Shown here piece by piece: positions 18,320 through 27,207 of a DNA stretch of 64,000 nt. A model generated the notes under the pieces. That model was not told the origin of the DNA, did no database searches, and worked only from the letters and a program-made list of their open reading frames with translations. Each line of letters opens with the position of its first letter. Positions within the stretch are counted from its first letter, which is position 1. Source of the DNA: a virus; IMG/VR virus record IMGVR_UViG_3300030019_000576, one strand, 5' to 3'. Position numbers and translations under genes: made by a program.

Positions 18320-18516
18320 AAAATATTATTTACAAGTAATATATCTAACTTAGCTACTATTGCATCTCTATCCGCTTCATCTACATACCAAAAAGTAGAA
18401 GATTGTGGATGTGGTCTATTAAAATATATCATTACACCAGAATTACAACCACTTTCTACTTCTTTATAGAAAAAGATTTCCGATTTTAATATACGTTCTT
18501 TTTTAATTAATATCAT
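18316..18516 (-). CDS. hypothetical protein
   Basis: Co-oriented ORF. Confidence 0.35.
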   Translation of the reverse strand: MILIKKERILKSEIFFYKEVESGCNSGVMIYFNRPHPQSSTFWYVDEADRDAIVAKLDILLVNNIL

Positions 18517-18522
18517 AATATT

Positions 18523-18846
18523 TTATATTGCATTATTTTTAATACATTCTTCAATTATATCAATTGTCCATAATCGTTCTACATTAAAATTTTTCTTAAC
18601 GTAGTGATTAATTCCAATGAAAGGTCTATTGTATTTTTTGATAAACCCTTTAATTTTTGTTTCAACTTCTTCTATGTTTTCATCAGGTGAAACATAAAAT
18701 TCATATCCTAAGATATATGGTCCACCACATTTAATATCTGTGGAATCATTATGTTCACATGATACATCAATAAAGATTGCATCACATACTGTTATTTGTT
18801 TAGTTTCCATAATTTTATTAATCACATGTTGCATTTTCAAAATCAC
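18523..18846 (-). CDS. hypothetical protein
   Basis: Co-oriented ORF. Confidence 0.4.
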   Translation of the reverse strand: MILKMQHVINKIMETKQITVCDAIFIDVSCEHNDSTDIKCGGPYILGYEFYVSPDENIEEVETKIKGFIKKYNRPFIGINHYVKKNFNVERLWTIDIIEECIKNNAI

Positions 18847-19036
18847 GATTCAATTTTCGAATCTTATCTTGGTCTGGATTTGGTTTTAATTCTTCTTCTT
18901 CAATTTCTTTTTGAATTGATTTCACAACACTTCTCCTGCTGTTATTTCGTTCCCTTATAGCATCATAATCTGGTTCATATGAAACACCAATTTTTTTATC
19001 CAATTTAGAAAAATATCTATCGTTTTCTACTGACAT
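18818..19036 (-). CDS. hypothetical protein
   Basis: Co-oriented ORF. Confidence 0.35.
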   Translation of the reverse strand: MSVENDRYFSKLDKKIGVSYEPDYDAIRERNNSRRSVVKSIQKEIEEEELKPNPDQDKIRKLNRDFENATCD

Positions 19037-19047
19037 AATTTATTTAT

Positions 19048-19284
19048 TTATTTAAGTTTTTTCTTAATTTCATCTAACGTTGTTAAAATACCTGCTAATA
19101 TACTAATAGTAAATCCAAATAACAGCGAAACCCCAATTGTCTGTTTTTCTGTCCAACCGAAAGGTGATAATACTGCAAATGTTAATAGTGCAGTAACACC
19201 TATTACTAAAATATTTTTAATCATAATTTTTAAATTTCTATGTAAATTTCTTTTTTTATTAAATATAATACAAATAATACCCAT
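19048..19284 (-). CDS. small membrane protein
   Basis: Two hydrophobic helices. Confidence 0.4.
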   Translation of the reverse strand: MGIICIIFNKKRNLHRNLKIMIKNILVIGVTALLTFAVLSPFGWTEKQTIGVSLLFGFTISILAGILTTLDEIKKKLK

Positions 19285-19454
19285 ACTAAATCAATAAAAA
19301 GTATTGGGTATGTAATATACCCTACCATAGTAGCATATATTGAATCAGTTGGAAGTTTTAAAATATAACCAACTATGAATAGAAAGAATAACGTAAGTGT
19401 TCCAACTAATGCAAAAAATGATAATATTCTAAATATTTTAGCTAATCTTTTCAT
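19230..19454 (-). CDS. small membrane protein
   Basis: Two hydrophobic helices. Confidence 0.4.
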   Translation of the reverse strand: MKRLAKIFRILSFFALVGTLTLFFLFIVGYILKLPTDSIYATMVGYITYPILFIDLVWVLFVLYLIKKEIYIEI

Positions 19455-19457
19455 GTT

Positions 19458-19790
19458 TTATTTAATTTTAATATGTAAATATTCTAATTCTTTTTTATTT
19501 TCTGCAAATTTTAAATAAATATCTTCAATTGATAATCCATCGTCCATACATTTATTATAAAAATTACGTATACAAGTATCATAATTTCGTAAATCATCAG
19601 TTAATACATCAGTTGTATAAAACGTCCACATACCAGAACTATTTGATGCAGCCTTTTCAGCTTTATTTAAAAAATAATCCCAATCTAAATGTCTTTGTTT
19701 AAAGACTTCCTTAAATTTTTCAATACTATACCTATAATATTTTGTTAATTCTGTATAAGTATCTTTTTGTTCGATTGATATGATTTCCAT
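19458..19790 (-). CDS. hypothetical protein
   Basis: ATG ORF with a promoter motif upstream. Confidence 0.45.
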   Translation of the reverse strand: MEIISIEQKDTYTELTKYYRYSIEKFKEVFKQRHLDWDYFLNKAEKAASNSSGMWTFYTTDVLTDDLRNYDTCIRNFYNKCMDDGLSIEDIYLKFAENKKELEYLHIKIK

Positions 19791-19809
19791 AATGTAGTTT
19801 AATAATTTT

Positions 19810-19845
19810 TACAAAGATAACATAAATAATTGGAATCTACAAATT
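19810..19845 (-). promoter_or_regulatory. conserved phage promoter motif
   Basis: tacaaagataacataaataattggaatctacaaatt. Confidence 0.45.
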
Positions 19846-20149
19846 AATTACTAATTGAATTCCAATATTTCCAAAATGATGTTCTATCCCTTGATAATAT
19901 TTGAATATATTCTTCCCATGCATAATGGTCACAATCATCATCGTGATATCGACCAGTTTCATAATTAACAAGTTCAGATAAAGCATTTTTATACATTTTA
20001 TCAAAGAATTTTATTTTTTCTTCGTCTGTATATTCTTCTAAGTCTGTAATTGCAAGTGATTTCATATTATCATTTTGCAATTTTTCGAGTTCTACAAGTG
20101 CTTGTTTCCCTTCTTCAATTTTTCTTAATAATTCTGTTCTGTTTTTCAT
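19844..20149 (-). CDS. hypothetical protein
   Basis: Co-oriented ORF. Confidence 0.4.
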   Translation of the reverse strand: MKNRTELLRKIEEGKQALVELEKLQNDNMKSLAITDLEEYTDEEKIKFFDKMYKNALSELVNYETGRYHDDDCDHYAWEEYIQILSRDRTSFWKYWNSISN

Positions 20150-20158
20150 ATTTTTGTT

Positions 20159-20671
20159 TTAATAGATGTTTACCCAATCAGTATCATTTTCATTTGGACT
20201 ATGTTCCATTTCAATAATTACATGTTCAACACCATCAATTTTTAAAAATTCTTTTTTAATAATTTCATCTTCTTCTAATCCATCAAAAACATCTAACCAT
20301 ATAGATTTTAATTTTTCATTGTAATATACACCACTATATTCAAAATCTTCAAATTCTTCAATATCAGAATTATCTTCTGCTAACTTTTTAAGTGTTTTTA
20401 TTAATGTTGTTTTTAAATCAACATTGAATTCACTGAATTTTACAATTGGTTCTGATAAACTAACGTTAAGTATTTCTTCTTTTGATGAAATAACATAAAT
20501 TTTAGTTTTTGTCATTTTATTTTCAAAAACACGTTTAATGTTATCACCTGAACCTGACTTTGAAAGTCGTTTCCACATAATAGGATTTAATAATTGTGAA
20601 GTTGAATTCACATTCATTTTTAAAAAATGTTTAATGATTGCTTCTATGCAATCTGCTGTTTCTATTTTCAT
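20159..20671 (-). CDS. hypothetical protein
   Basis: Co-oriented ORF. Confidence 0.4.
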   Translation of the reverse strand: MKIETADCIEAIIKHFLKMNVNSTSQLLNPIMWKRLSKSGSGDNIKRVFENKMTKTKIYVISSKEEILNVSLSEPIVKFSEFNVDLKTTLIKTLKKLAEDNSDIEEFEDFEYSGVYYNEKLKSIWLDVFDGLEEDEIIKKEFLKIDGVEHVIIEMEHSPNENDTDWVNIY

Positions 20672-20683
20672 ATTTACATTTAA

Positions 20684-21016
20684 TTAACAAGGACTGCTTC
20701 TACGCATAGATGAACCACATCCATCAGAAGTAGCTTTCGGTTTTATAAATCCATTTTCTTTTTTAAGTTTTACTAATTTAGATTTAAGAACTTCATATTC
20801 AGCTTGTTCTTTTGATATTTCCATTTCTTTCAACTTAATAGCAATTTCCAATTCATGCTTACTGAAAAAGTAATCTAAACTTTCCATTGTAATATCACCC
20901 GAAGTAATCAAAGTTCTTATGACAGTGTTTCTGAATTCTTCAAGACTGTTACCCTTTTCAAGAAAAAACTTGTAATAAGATTCTAAAAATTCTATTTCTG
21001 ATTTGTTTGCACTCAT
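20684..21016 (-). CDS. precursor-like protein with a Cys-containing DGCGSS C-terminal tail
   Basis: Helical, acidic N-terminal part with a C-terminal ...TSDGCGSSMRRSSPC, the same tail type as 50903..51274. Confidence 0.4.
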   Translation of the reverse strand: MSANKSEIEFLESYYKFFLEKGNSLEEFRNTVIRTLITSGDITMESLDYFFSKHELEIAIKLKEMEISKEQAEYEVLKSKLVKLKKENGFIKPKATSDGCGSSMRRSSPC

Positions 21017-21017
21017 A

Positions 21018-21251
21018 TTATTTATTTATATCTAAAAAATTTTTTACTTCCATTTCAATAAAATCGTCAATTTTATTCCATAACTTAGACATTTTATACC
21101 ATTTTTCAAGTAATTTGAATTTTATATCTTGGTCAGTTTCAGTTTCAATTGCACTATTAATCCTTTCCATTTCATCATGGAATCTATTAATTTCTTCTAA
21201 ATGTAGTTTTCTTGGTAACATATTTTTATTGTTTATCGTATAAATCAACAT
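21018..21251 (-). CDS. hypothetical protein
   Basis: Co-oriented ORF. Confidence 0.35.
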   Translation of the reverse strand: MLIYTINNKNMLPRKLHLEEINRFHDEMERINSAIETETDQDIKFKLLEKWYKMSKLWNKIDDFIEMEVKNFLDINK

Positions 21252-21474
21252 TTCCGTAATATACGGTTATATCATCTTTTTGAATACTTGGGTGTTTTAT
21301 TTCTAATAGATATTGTAAAGCATTTTCGTATATATTACATTCTATACTATTATATTTATTTTCCAATGCTTTATCAACAGTTTCTTTAACATTACTTGGT
21401 AATGTATCATAATCATATCCAATAGAAAATGATCCTTCTTCCGAATGTTCAGTTATTATAATTAACTTTTTCAT
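21226..21474 (-). CDS. hypothetical protein
   Basis: Co-oriented ORF. Confidence 0.35.
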   Translation of the reverse strand: MKKLIIITEHSEEGSFSIGYDYDTLPSNVKETVDKALENKYNSIECNIYENALQYLLEIKHPSIQKDDITVYYGNVDLYDKQ

Positions 21475-21477
21475 AAC

Positions 21478-21795
21478 TTATTTAGTATTTGTTAATTCTT
21501 TAAAAAGAATACTATAATTTATTGCAAGACCCCTAATTAACGCAATTTCATGTGGTAAATTACCTGATGTAATCCTATCACACTTTTCAGCTAAGTTAGC
21601 AAATGTAATTGCATGTTTAATTGCTAATTCATTATCAGGATAATGTTTAGCAGCAAATACTGATATACTTAATAAATATCCTTTAAGTGCTGGTAGTTGG
21701 GTTGATAAATTACTTGCTGTTATTCTATTCGCCATAGCTAAAATACCATCATACCAATTTATTAATAATATTTGTATATCTTTTTCAGTTTCCAT
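21478..21795 (-). CDS. hypothetical protein
   Basis: Co-oriented ORF. Confidence 0.4.
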   Translation of the reverse strand: METEKDIQILLINWYDGILAMANRITASNLSTQLPALKGYLLSISVFAAKHYPDNELAIKHAITFANLAEKCDRITSGNLPHEIALIRGLAINYSILFKELTNTK

Positions 21796-21799
21796 AAAT

Positions 21800-22111
21800 T
21801 TATTTTTTAATTGCTAAAATTGAACGACCACAAGAATTATACACTTCAATACCGTAATAAACAGTATTTTCGTATATACAAAAATAATCACGACTACTAC
21901 CTACTGTGTAAACACCATCAATACCAGTCTTGTAATAATTTGTTTTTTTACTTATACTTGATTTTTTCCAATCACGGTTAAGTGCTTCTACACAATCAGT
22001 CATACCATCAAATGAACTAACTTCTTTTACAAAAAGTTTATCACTATTTCGTTTTGCAAAACCTTTTAATGTAGCAAGAGTAATTTTCGGTGTATTTTTA
22101 AGTTTGTCCAT
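21800..22111 (-). CDS. hypothetical protein (start ambiguous: ATG at 22111 or at 22177)
   Basis: The promoter motif at 22128-22165 lies inside the longer ORF, which favours MDKLKNTPK at 22111. The 22177 ATG would add an MLKLFIIIIILCIFV hydrophobic leader. Confidence 0.4.
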   Translation of the reverse strand: MDKLKNTPKITLATLKGFAKRNSDKLFVKEVSSFDGMTDCVEALNRDWKKSSISKKTNYYKTGIDGVYTVGSSRDYFCIYENTVYYGIEVYNSCGRSILAIKK

Positions 22112-22127
22112 AATTTTTAGTTTTAAA

Positions 22128-22165
22128 TTCGATACAAAGATACATAAAATAATTATTATAATAAA
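22128..22165 (-). promoter_or_regulatory. conserved phage promoter motif
   Basis: cgatacaaagatacataaaataattattataat. Confidence 0.4.
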
Positions 22166-22180
22166 AAGTTTCAACATTTT

Positions 22181-22525
22181 TTATGTTAAAACTTTGTTAA
22201 TATCTCTTAAAATTATAGCAAAATTATAATCTTCAACTTCAACTGCTTCTTTCAAAGCAAATTTTATTTGTTCACTATCATTTATATTTACAAAATGTAT
22301 AGAAGGTGTCCATTTAAACCCCCTTGTTTCTTGAATACTATTACAGTTAGTGCATTCACCATCAAATAATGTAGTTTTATATCCCGCACTAATATATTGT
22401 GTACCGCATTCACTACAAGTGAGTATTTCTGATACCGTATAAATATTACCTTTAATTCTTGGATGTGCGCAAGTAGAATCTGAACTTTCTAATGCTATAA
22501 TTTTGTCACCTATTTTATGTTTCAT
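22181..22525 (-). CDS. hypothetical Cys-rich protein (possible zinc ribbon)
   Basis: SDSTCAHP...CSECGTQY...DGECTNCN is a four-Cys pattern. Confidence 0.4.
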   Translation of the reverse strand: MKHKIGDKIIALESSDSTCAHPRIKGNIYTVSEILTCSECGTQYISAGYKTTLFDGECTNCNSIQETRGFKWTPSIHFVNINDSEQIKFALKEAVEVEDYNFAIILRDINKVLT

Positions 22526-22534
22526 AAAACTATT

Positions 22535-22915
22535 TTAGATAAACGTGATTTCAGAAGAAGTCATTACTTCCGAAGTAAAAATAATAGATTTGTTATCCTT
22601 TAAACGAATTGTTTCAATTGGATATTTACGTTTACGTTCATTGATACCATTAACACGATAAGATGTACCTTTATATAAAAACTGTTTTCCAATCAAATCT
22701 GATGGTAATCCATTATTTCTTAAAAAATACACGTTATTCATGATTGTAGATTCAATATTACGTGTTTTAGCTGTAAGTCTTGTAGTAAAACGATTAGCTT
22801 CAAATGTAATATTACCAATAGATAAATCAATACCATACTGTGACGATACTAATGCTAATGCACAATCAATTGATTTCCTTAAATCTACCAAATTTTGTTT
22901 ATCGAACTGTCTCAT
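22535..22915 (-). CDS. hypothetical protein
   Basis: ATG ORF; canonical promoter motif upstream. Confidence 0.45.
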   Translation of the reverse strand: MRQFDKQNLVDLRKSIDCALALVSSQYGIDLSIGNITFEANRFTTRLTAKTRNIESTIMNNVYFLRNNGLPSDLIGKQFLYKGTSYRVNGINERKRKYPIETIRLKDNKSIIFTSEVMTSSEITFI

Positions 22916-22940
22916 ATTTTTATTTTTATTGATTAATTAT

Positions 22941-22977
22941 GGTACAAAGATAATACAAATATTTGAATTACCAAAAT
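22941..22977 (-). promoter_or_regulatory. conserved phage promoter motif (canonical copy)
   Basis: ggtacaaagataatacaaatatttgaattaccaaaat. The minus-strand reading is TTTGGTAATTCAAATATTTGTATTATCTTTGTACC, i.e. TTTG, then 19 nt, then TATCTTTG (TAnnTTTG). Confidence 0.55.
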
Positions 22978-22989
22978 ATTTTCAAATAA

Positions 22990-23664
22990 TTATTCTAATC
23001 TTTCCCAATCTATTGGGTATTTTGATTTTAGTTCAGTCATCCACCAAACAGTTTTTACTTTAGATTTAGGTAAACGTTGACCTTTCATAAGGGTAGAACG
23101 CTTGCATACAACACCTTCTTTAACTGTTGGGTACAAACACCCAACTTTAGTCCAATCGTTGTTCTCAATTGACCATATGAAGTCTTTAGTTAACTTACCA
23201 ACGTATATTACTTCTGGTATTTCAATTTCATCAACATGTGCAAATAATTTATAAAATTCTTTTGGTTCAATATATCCTTTTTTATATAAGAATATATCAA
23301 TAAGACAAAGTTTCAATGGTTCACCTGGTACATGGAATCCACTGAATGTGTGTTCACCATACCATTCAAAAAATACTGTTATTTCTTTCACACCATTAAA
23401 AACCCCATTTTTAGAAGAATTTTTAATAAGTATTTCTTTAAGTCTTTCTTCTAAATTTGTTTTAAAATATTTAACAGCATCACCAAATTGTTCACTTGAT
23501 TCATCAACATTTTGTGTCTTAGAACCAAACATAGGGAATTCTTTTTGTTTAGGTGAAAACTTTGCACAGAAATTCTGTCCATCTATTTTATTAAATGCCC
23601 AAATTTCTTCACCCAATAAGGTACCATCGTATTTTATATTTTCAAAACTATCGTAATGTTTCAT
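22990..23664 (-). CDS. RNA ligase, Rnl2-like nucleotidyltransferase
   Basis: Motif I AFNKIDGQN (KxDG), FFEWYGE (motif III-like), EGVVCK (motif IV EGxVxK); the N-terminal HYDSFEN resembles T4 Rnl2 KYSSLEN. Confidence 0.55.
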   Translation of the reverse strand: MKHYDSFENIKYDGTLLGEEIWAFNKIDGQNFCAKFSPKQKEFPMFGSKTQNVDESSEQFGDAVKYFKTNLEERLKEILIKNSSKNGVFNGVKEITVFFEWYGEHTFSGFHVPGEPLKLCLIDIFLYKKGYIEPKEFYKLFAHVDEIEIPEVIYVGKLTKDFIWSIENNDWTKVGCLYPTVKEGVVCKRSTLMKGQRLPKSKVKTVWWMTELKSKYPIDWERLE

Positions 23665-23676
23665 TTTATTTTTAAT

Positions 23677-24108
23677 TTAAAGCGTTTTTAATGCTTCTTT
23701 CAATCCTATTTCTAAAGCTGTTTCGTATTCACTTTCAAAATACATAGCATTATGTAGTGAAACAAAACATTCTTCACTTGTTGGATCTGGTTTAATAACA
23801 TTTGCATAAAACCCAATATTAGTTGTCAATGCATATGTGAATGTTTCACGTGGTGTTACGTGCAAGTTATATTTCTTGCGTAACCATTGCTGTAATAAAC
23901 TTTGTGATGGTCTTGTAATTTCTTCAAACGTTTCATTAGAACGGTCTGAAAAATGATTTGCTGAACTACCTTCAAATCCCTTCCATTTACCAACTTCAAC
24001 TATTCCGTTTTCTTTAAGTCCAACTAAAAAATAATGACCACAACATGTGTGAAATCCTTTTTCTTTTGCAAGTTTTGCTGTTTCTATATCTACTAAAACT
24101 TCTACCAT
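23677..24108 (-). CDS. LQKWLRDE-family protein (paralog 3 of 3)
   Basis: ETAKLAKEKGFH, PSQSLLQQWLRKK, ALEIGLKEALKTL. Confidence 0.5.
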   Translation of the reverse strand: MVEVLVDIETAKLAKEKGFHTCCGHYFLVGLKENGIVEVGKWKGFEGSSANHFSDRSNETFEEITRPSQSLLQQWLRKKYNLHVTPRETFTYALTTNIGFYANVIKPDPTSEECFVSLHNAMYFESEYETALEIGLKEALKTL

Positions 24109-24109
24109 A

Positions 24110-24460
24110 TTAATATTTTATAATTTTATAATTAAAATTCAGTGGTTCTTCGTGTCTTGGGATTATATTATCTTTTACATCAAGGTATTTAATACACATC
24201 TTTTTGAAAAATATTCTTGTTTCGAAATCACCCATATCTAAAACGTTACTATAAAAATTCCAATTTTCATAATTTATCCATAATATATTAATTTCGAAAT
24301 TTTGTTTAAATAAGATATTACCTCTTTTCGAATACCAATATAAAGTATCATTTTTTAATTCTGATGTCATTCCATCAATATCATTGATAAAACATTTTTC
24401 GATACCTGAAATTCTACTTTCTTTTATTCGTTTAATTTTATCAATTATTGTATTTATCAT
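24110..24460 (-). CDS. DKIxxIK-SRLS family protein (start moved to ATG 24460; track start 24478 is a TTG)
   Basis: MINTIIDKIKRIKESRISGIEK. Confidence 0.45.
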   Translation of the reverse strand: MINTIIDKIKRIKESRISGIEKCFINDIDGMTSELKNDTLYWYSKRGNILFKQNFEINILWINYENWNFYSNVLDMGDFETRIFFKKMCIKYLDVKDNIIPRHEEPLNFNYKIIKY

Positions 24461-24722
24461 AATAACGTTTTCTTTCAATTAATTGTTTTAATCTTTCTAA
24501 CTTTTTACGTCTTGTACATATTACAAAATCTATTCCATTTAAAAACGTTAAATTTATTTGATTATTATCATAATTAAAACCGAGTTCAAATTCAATATCA
24601 TAATCATATTCATTTTTGAAATAAAAAAATATTTCATCTCGAATTTCATTCTTAACAGAATTACACATTATCTTAAATGTGTATTTTTTTAATATATCAT
24701 GAATATCATCTTCTATTTTCAT
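24441..24722 (-). CDS. hypothetical protein
   Basis: Co-oriented ORF with a basic C-terminal tail. Confidence 0.35.
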   Translation of the reverse strand: MKIEDDIHDILKKYTFKIMCNSVKNEIRDEIFFYFKNEYDYDIEFELGFNYDNNQINLTFLNGIDFVICTRRKKLERLKQLIERKRYYDKYNN

Positions 24723-24970
24723 AAATTTAAACTATACTTTTTTCCAAAATGTATTTCAACAAATTCAAAAACATATGGAAATTGGTCAAGTGTTAAATTA
24801 CCAATAACACCTGTTAATGTCAGAACCATACAACCGTTAGAAAATTTATTTCTAAATAATTGTTCTTTTGGTTTAGATTTTGAAAGCATTCTTTCAAGAT
24901 CAACCTGAAATTTACCAACGGACCTCATTCTACTGTACTTCACAGCTTTTATTTTATCCCTTATGTCCAT
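24719..24970 (-). CDS. DKIxxIK-SRLS family protein
   Basis: MDIRDKIKAVKYSRMRSVGK. Confidence 0.45.
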   Translation of the reverse strand: MDIRDKIKAVKYSRMRSVGKFQVDLERMLSKSKPKEQLFRNKFSNGCMVLTLTGVIGNLTLDQFPYVFEFVEIHFGKKYSLNL

Positions 24971-25170
24971 AATTCTTTGTCATTAAAATACATTTCACTT
25001 ATATCTATACCTTTACAATATTCTAAGTATTCTTCTTCACTGCAACTAATTTCCATTTTATCAAAATCAGGTTGTGACATTGCATATTCTATCCAATCAT
25101 GTGTTGAAGTTCTTGCAGACTTAATAGCTTTTATTTTTTCAACAATCGTCATCTTCTTCATCATTTTCAA
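24961..25170 (-). CDS. DKIxxIK-SRLS family protein (short, divergent)
   Basis: ...TIVEKIKAIKSARTS. Confidence 0.35.
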   Translation of the reverse strand: MKMMKKMTIVEKIKAIKSARTSTHDWIEYAMSQPDFDKMEISCSEEEYLEYCKGIDISEMYFNDKELWT

Positions 25171-25345
25171 TTAATTCATCAGTTACACAAAAATTATAAC
25201 CGTAGTAAGGTAAAAATGATTCTTCACCAAACCCAAGACTTTCTAATGCATTACTTAATTCTTCATCAGATGCAGAATATATTCTTTCTGATAATAATTC
25301 TATTGCTTTAATTCTTGATATTTCTTTTGTTGATTTCCAACCCAT
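25139..25345 (-). CDS. hypothetical acidic protein
   Basis: Ends in DEEDDDC. Confidence 0.35.
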   Translation of the reverse strand: MGWKSTKEISRIKAIELLSERIYSASDEELSNALESLGFGEESFLPYYGYNFCVTDELIENDEEDDDC

Positions 25346-25360
25346 AATTTTTAATTATTT

Positions 25361-25672
25361 TTATTCCAAAAAACTTTTTGGATAATTTATATCATTAAGA
25401 AATTCAGCAAACATTGTATATACTATATCCCTCCATTTTGCTGTTTCTTTTTGTTCTTCTAAGGTCATTCCACCATTAAGCATAACTTCAATATCTTCCC
25501 TCCATTGAATTGATTCAAGACCAAGAAAATTTAATATATCTTTCCTTTGATTAATCCTATCTATAAATATTTTTTCTTTTTCATGTGAAAACCACCAAGG
25601 ACCATCAGAAATTACATCTTCTTCATTATCACCTTCCCACTTCATTAAATCATCATACGTTATTTTATTCAT
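25361..25672 (-). CDS. hypothetical protein
   Basis: Co-oriented ORF. Confidence 0.4.
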   Translation of the reverse strand: MNKITYDDLMKWEGDNEEDVISDGPWWFSHEKEKIFIDRINQRKDILNFLGLESIQWREDIEVMLNGGMTLEEQKETAKWRDIVYTMFAEFLNDINYPKSFLE

Positions 25673-25693
25673 ATTTTATATTTTTGTTTTAAT

Positions 25694-26002
25694 TTATTGT
25701 GTAATTTTTCTTTTTGATTCTACATTTCCACGTGTGTTTAAAACGGTTTTAATAGTAATAAGATAATCTTCCCATTTACTTAGAATATCTTTTGCATATT
25801 CATATTTTTTATAATATTGAAAAGTATATTCTCCATCATCATCATTAAAAGTTTCACAATATCTTATTTTACGCATACGTTCTGCTTTATAATAAGCTAA
25901 TAAACGCATTGTTGGTAATGAATATAAATCTTTTACTGATTTAATATTAGTTAATTCTTCAAGACTTCTTGCTTTCCAATGTGGTGTTTTTTCTTTTTTC
26001 AT
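25694..26002 (-). CDS. hypothetical protein
   Basis: Co-oriented ORF. Confidence 0.4.
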   Translation of the reverse strand: MKKEKTPHWKARSLEELTNIKSVKDLYSLPTMRLLAYYKAERMRKIRYCETFNDDDGEYTFQYYKKYEYAKDILSKWEDYLITIKTVLNTRGNVESKRKITQ

Positions 26003-26016
26003 AATTTTTTATTTAA

Positions 26017-26424
26017 TTAAACCCAAATACGATGTTCTTCATGTATAGATTCTTGTCCACTTTCTGATTCATGTATATACCATTTAACATCATCTGGTAT
26101 TTCAACTATTTTTAAATATTCAGGATTTAATATTTCAATTGCTTTTATTAAATTAATATCATCTCTTCTAATATCATTAGAATCAAAAAATCCATCACCA
26201 TAAACTTCTTTGGTTGTTTCATTACCATAATATGTAGTTGTTGTCACAAAAAAACAATCTATTGTAGTATCTTCAATTAAAAAATATTTTGTTGAACCAG
26301 GTCTTACATGGTCATACAATTCTTTGTAAAAATATGGTTTAGATAACCCACATAATTCAAAATATTTTTTAATTACTTCCATTGATAAATCAAATGAACA
26401 ATCAGTTGTTAATACTATTTTCAT
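26017..26424 (-). CDS. hypothetical protein
   Basis: Co-oriented ORF. Confidence 0.4.
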   Translation of the reverse strand: MKIVLTTDCSFDLSMEVIKKYFELCGLSKPYFYKELYDHVRPGSTKYFLIEDTTIDCFFVTTTTYYGNETTKEVYGDGFFDSNDIRRDDINLIKAIEILNPEYLKIVEIPDDVKWYIHESESGQESIHEEHRIWV

Positions 26425-26427
26425 GTT

Positions 26428-26871
26428 TTAGTTTTTATAAATTGTATAACCTAATTTCAGTGATAATATACCACTTTGTTTATTTAAAAACGTATAGGAT
26501 GTTGATATATTAAAATCAGTTATTATAATACCTACTTCAAAACCACCAGAGGGATATAATTTATTATAACTATTACTATAAGCTGCACCCATTAAACCTG
26601 CTATGTATATATCATTACAAATAAACTTTCCAATACCTACATGAAAATAACCCATGTCAAACGATGGAACACCTGCATCTAATAAATAAATATCCCTATC
26701 GTTCTTAAAACCAACATTAAGACCTACTGTAACAGGTGACTTTAAATTAAAGTCTGTACTTTCAATTACATTACCACACGATACTCTGTATAATACCGCA
26801 ACATCACTTTGAGAATATGTGTATAATATTGATACACACGAGAATAAAAATAAGAATAGAATTTTTTTCAT
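26428..26871 (-). CDS. secreted outer-membrane beta-barrel-like protein
   Basis: Signal peptide MKKILFLFLFSCVSILYTYSQ (Bacteroidota type). Alternating amphipathic strands resemble a small OMP or porin. Confidence 0.45.
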   Translation of the reverse strand: MKKILFLFLFSCVSILYTYSQSDVAVLYRVSCGNVIESTDFNLKSPVTVGLNVGFKNDRDIYLLDAGVPSFDMGYFHVGIGKFICNDIYIAGLMGAAYSNSYNKLYPSGGFEVGIIITDFNISTSYTFLNKQSGILSLKLGYTIYKN

Positions 26872-26893
26872 TTGTTAATTTTTTAATTGTTAA

Positions 26894-27199
26894 TTATTTT
26901 AAACCAGTTCCTAAATCACCATAACAAGTCCAATTTTCATTTGGTTTAGTTTTTATATAAAATACATTATATCTATGTTTTTTGAATATCATATCAATAA
27001 AAGTACTACACCATATTTCTAACAAAACTTCTTTTGTAGATTCATCATAATCATCTACTATAATTCTGTCTACACTTTCGAAAAACCGTTTGTTTCTACT
27101 TTTTTTTATAAGATTTTGCAAGTCTTGATTAAAATTATTACATTTAATCCAAACCCCTAATCTTTTCCTACTGTGAATTCCGTAACTGAATGATGACAT
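26894..27199 (-). CDS. hypothetical protein
   Basis: Co-oriented ORF. Confidence 0.4.
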   Translation of the reverse strand: MSSFSYGIHSRKRLGVWIKCNNFNQDLQNLIKKSRNKRFFESVDRIIVDDYDESTKEVLLEIWCSTFIDMIFKKHRYNVFYIKTKPNENWTCYGDLGTGLK

Positions 27200-27207
27200 T
27201 TTTTATA

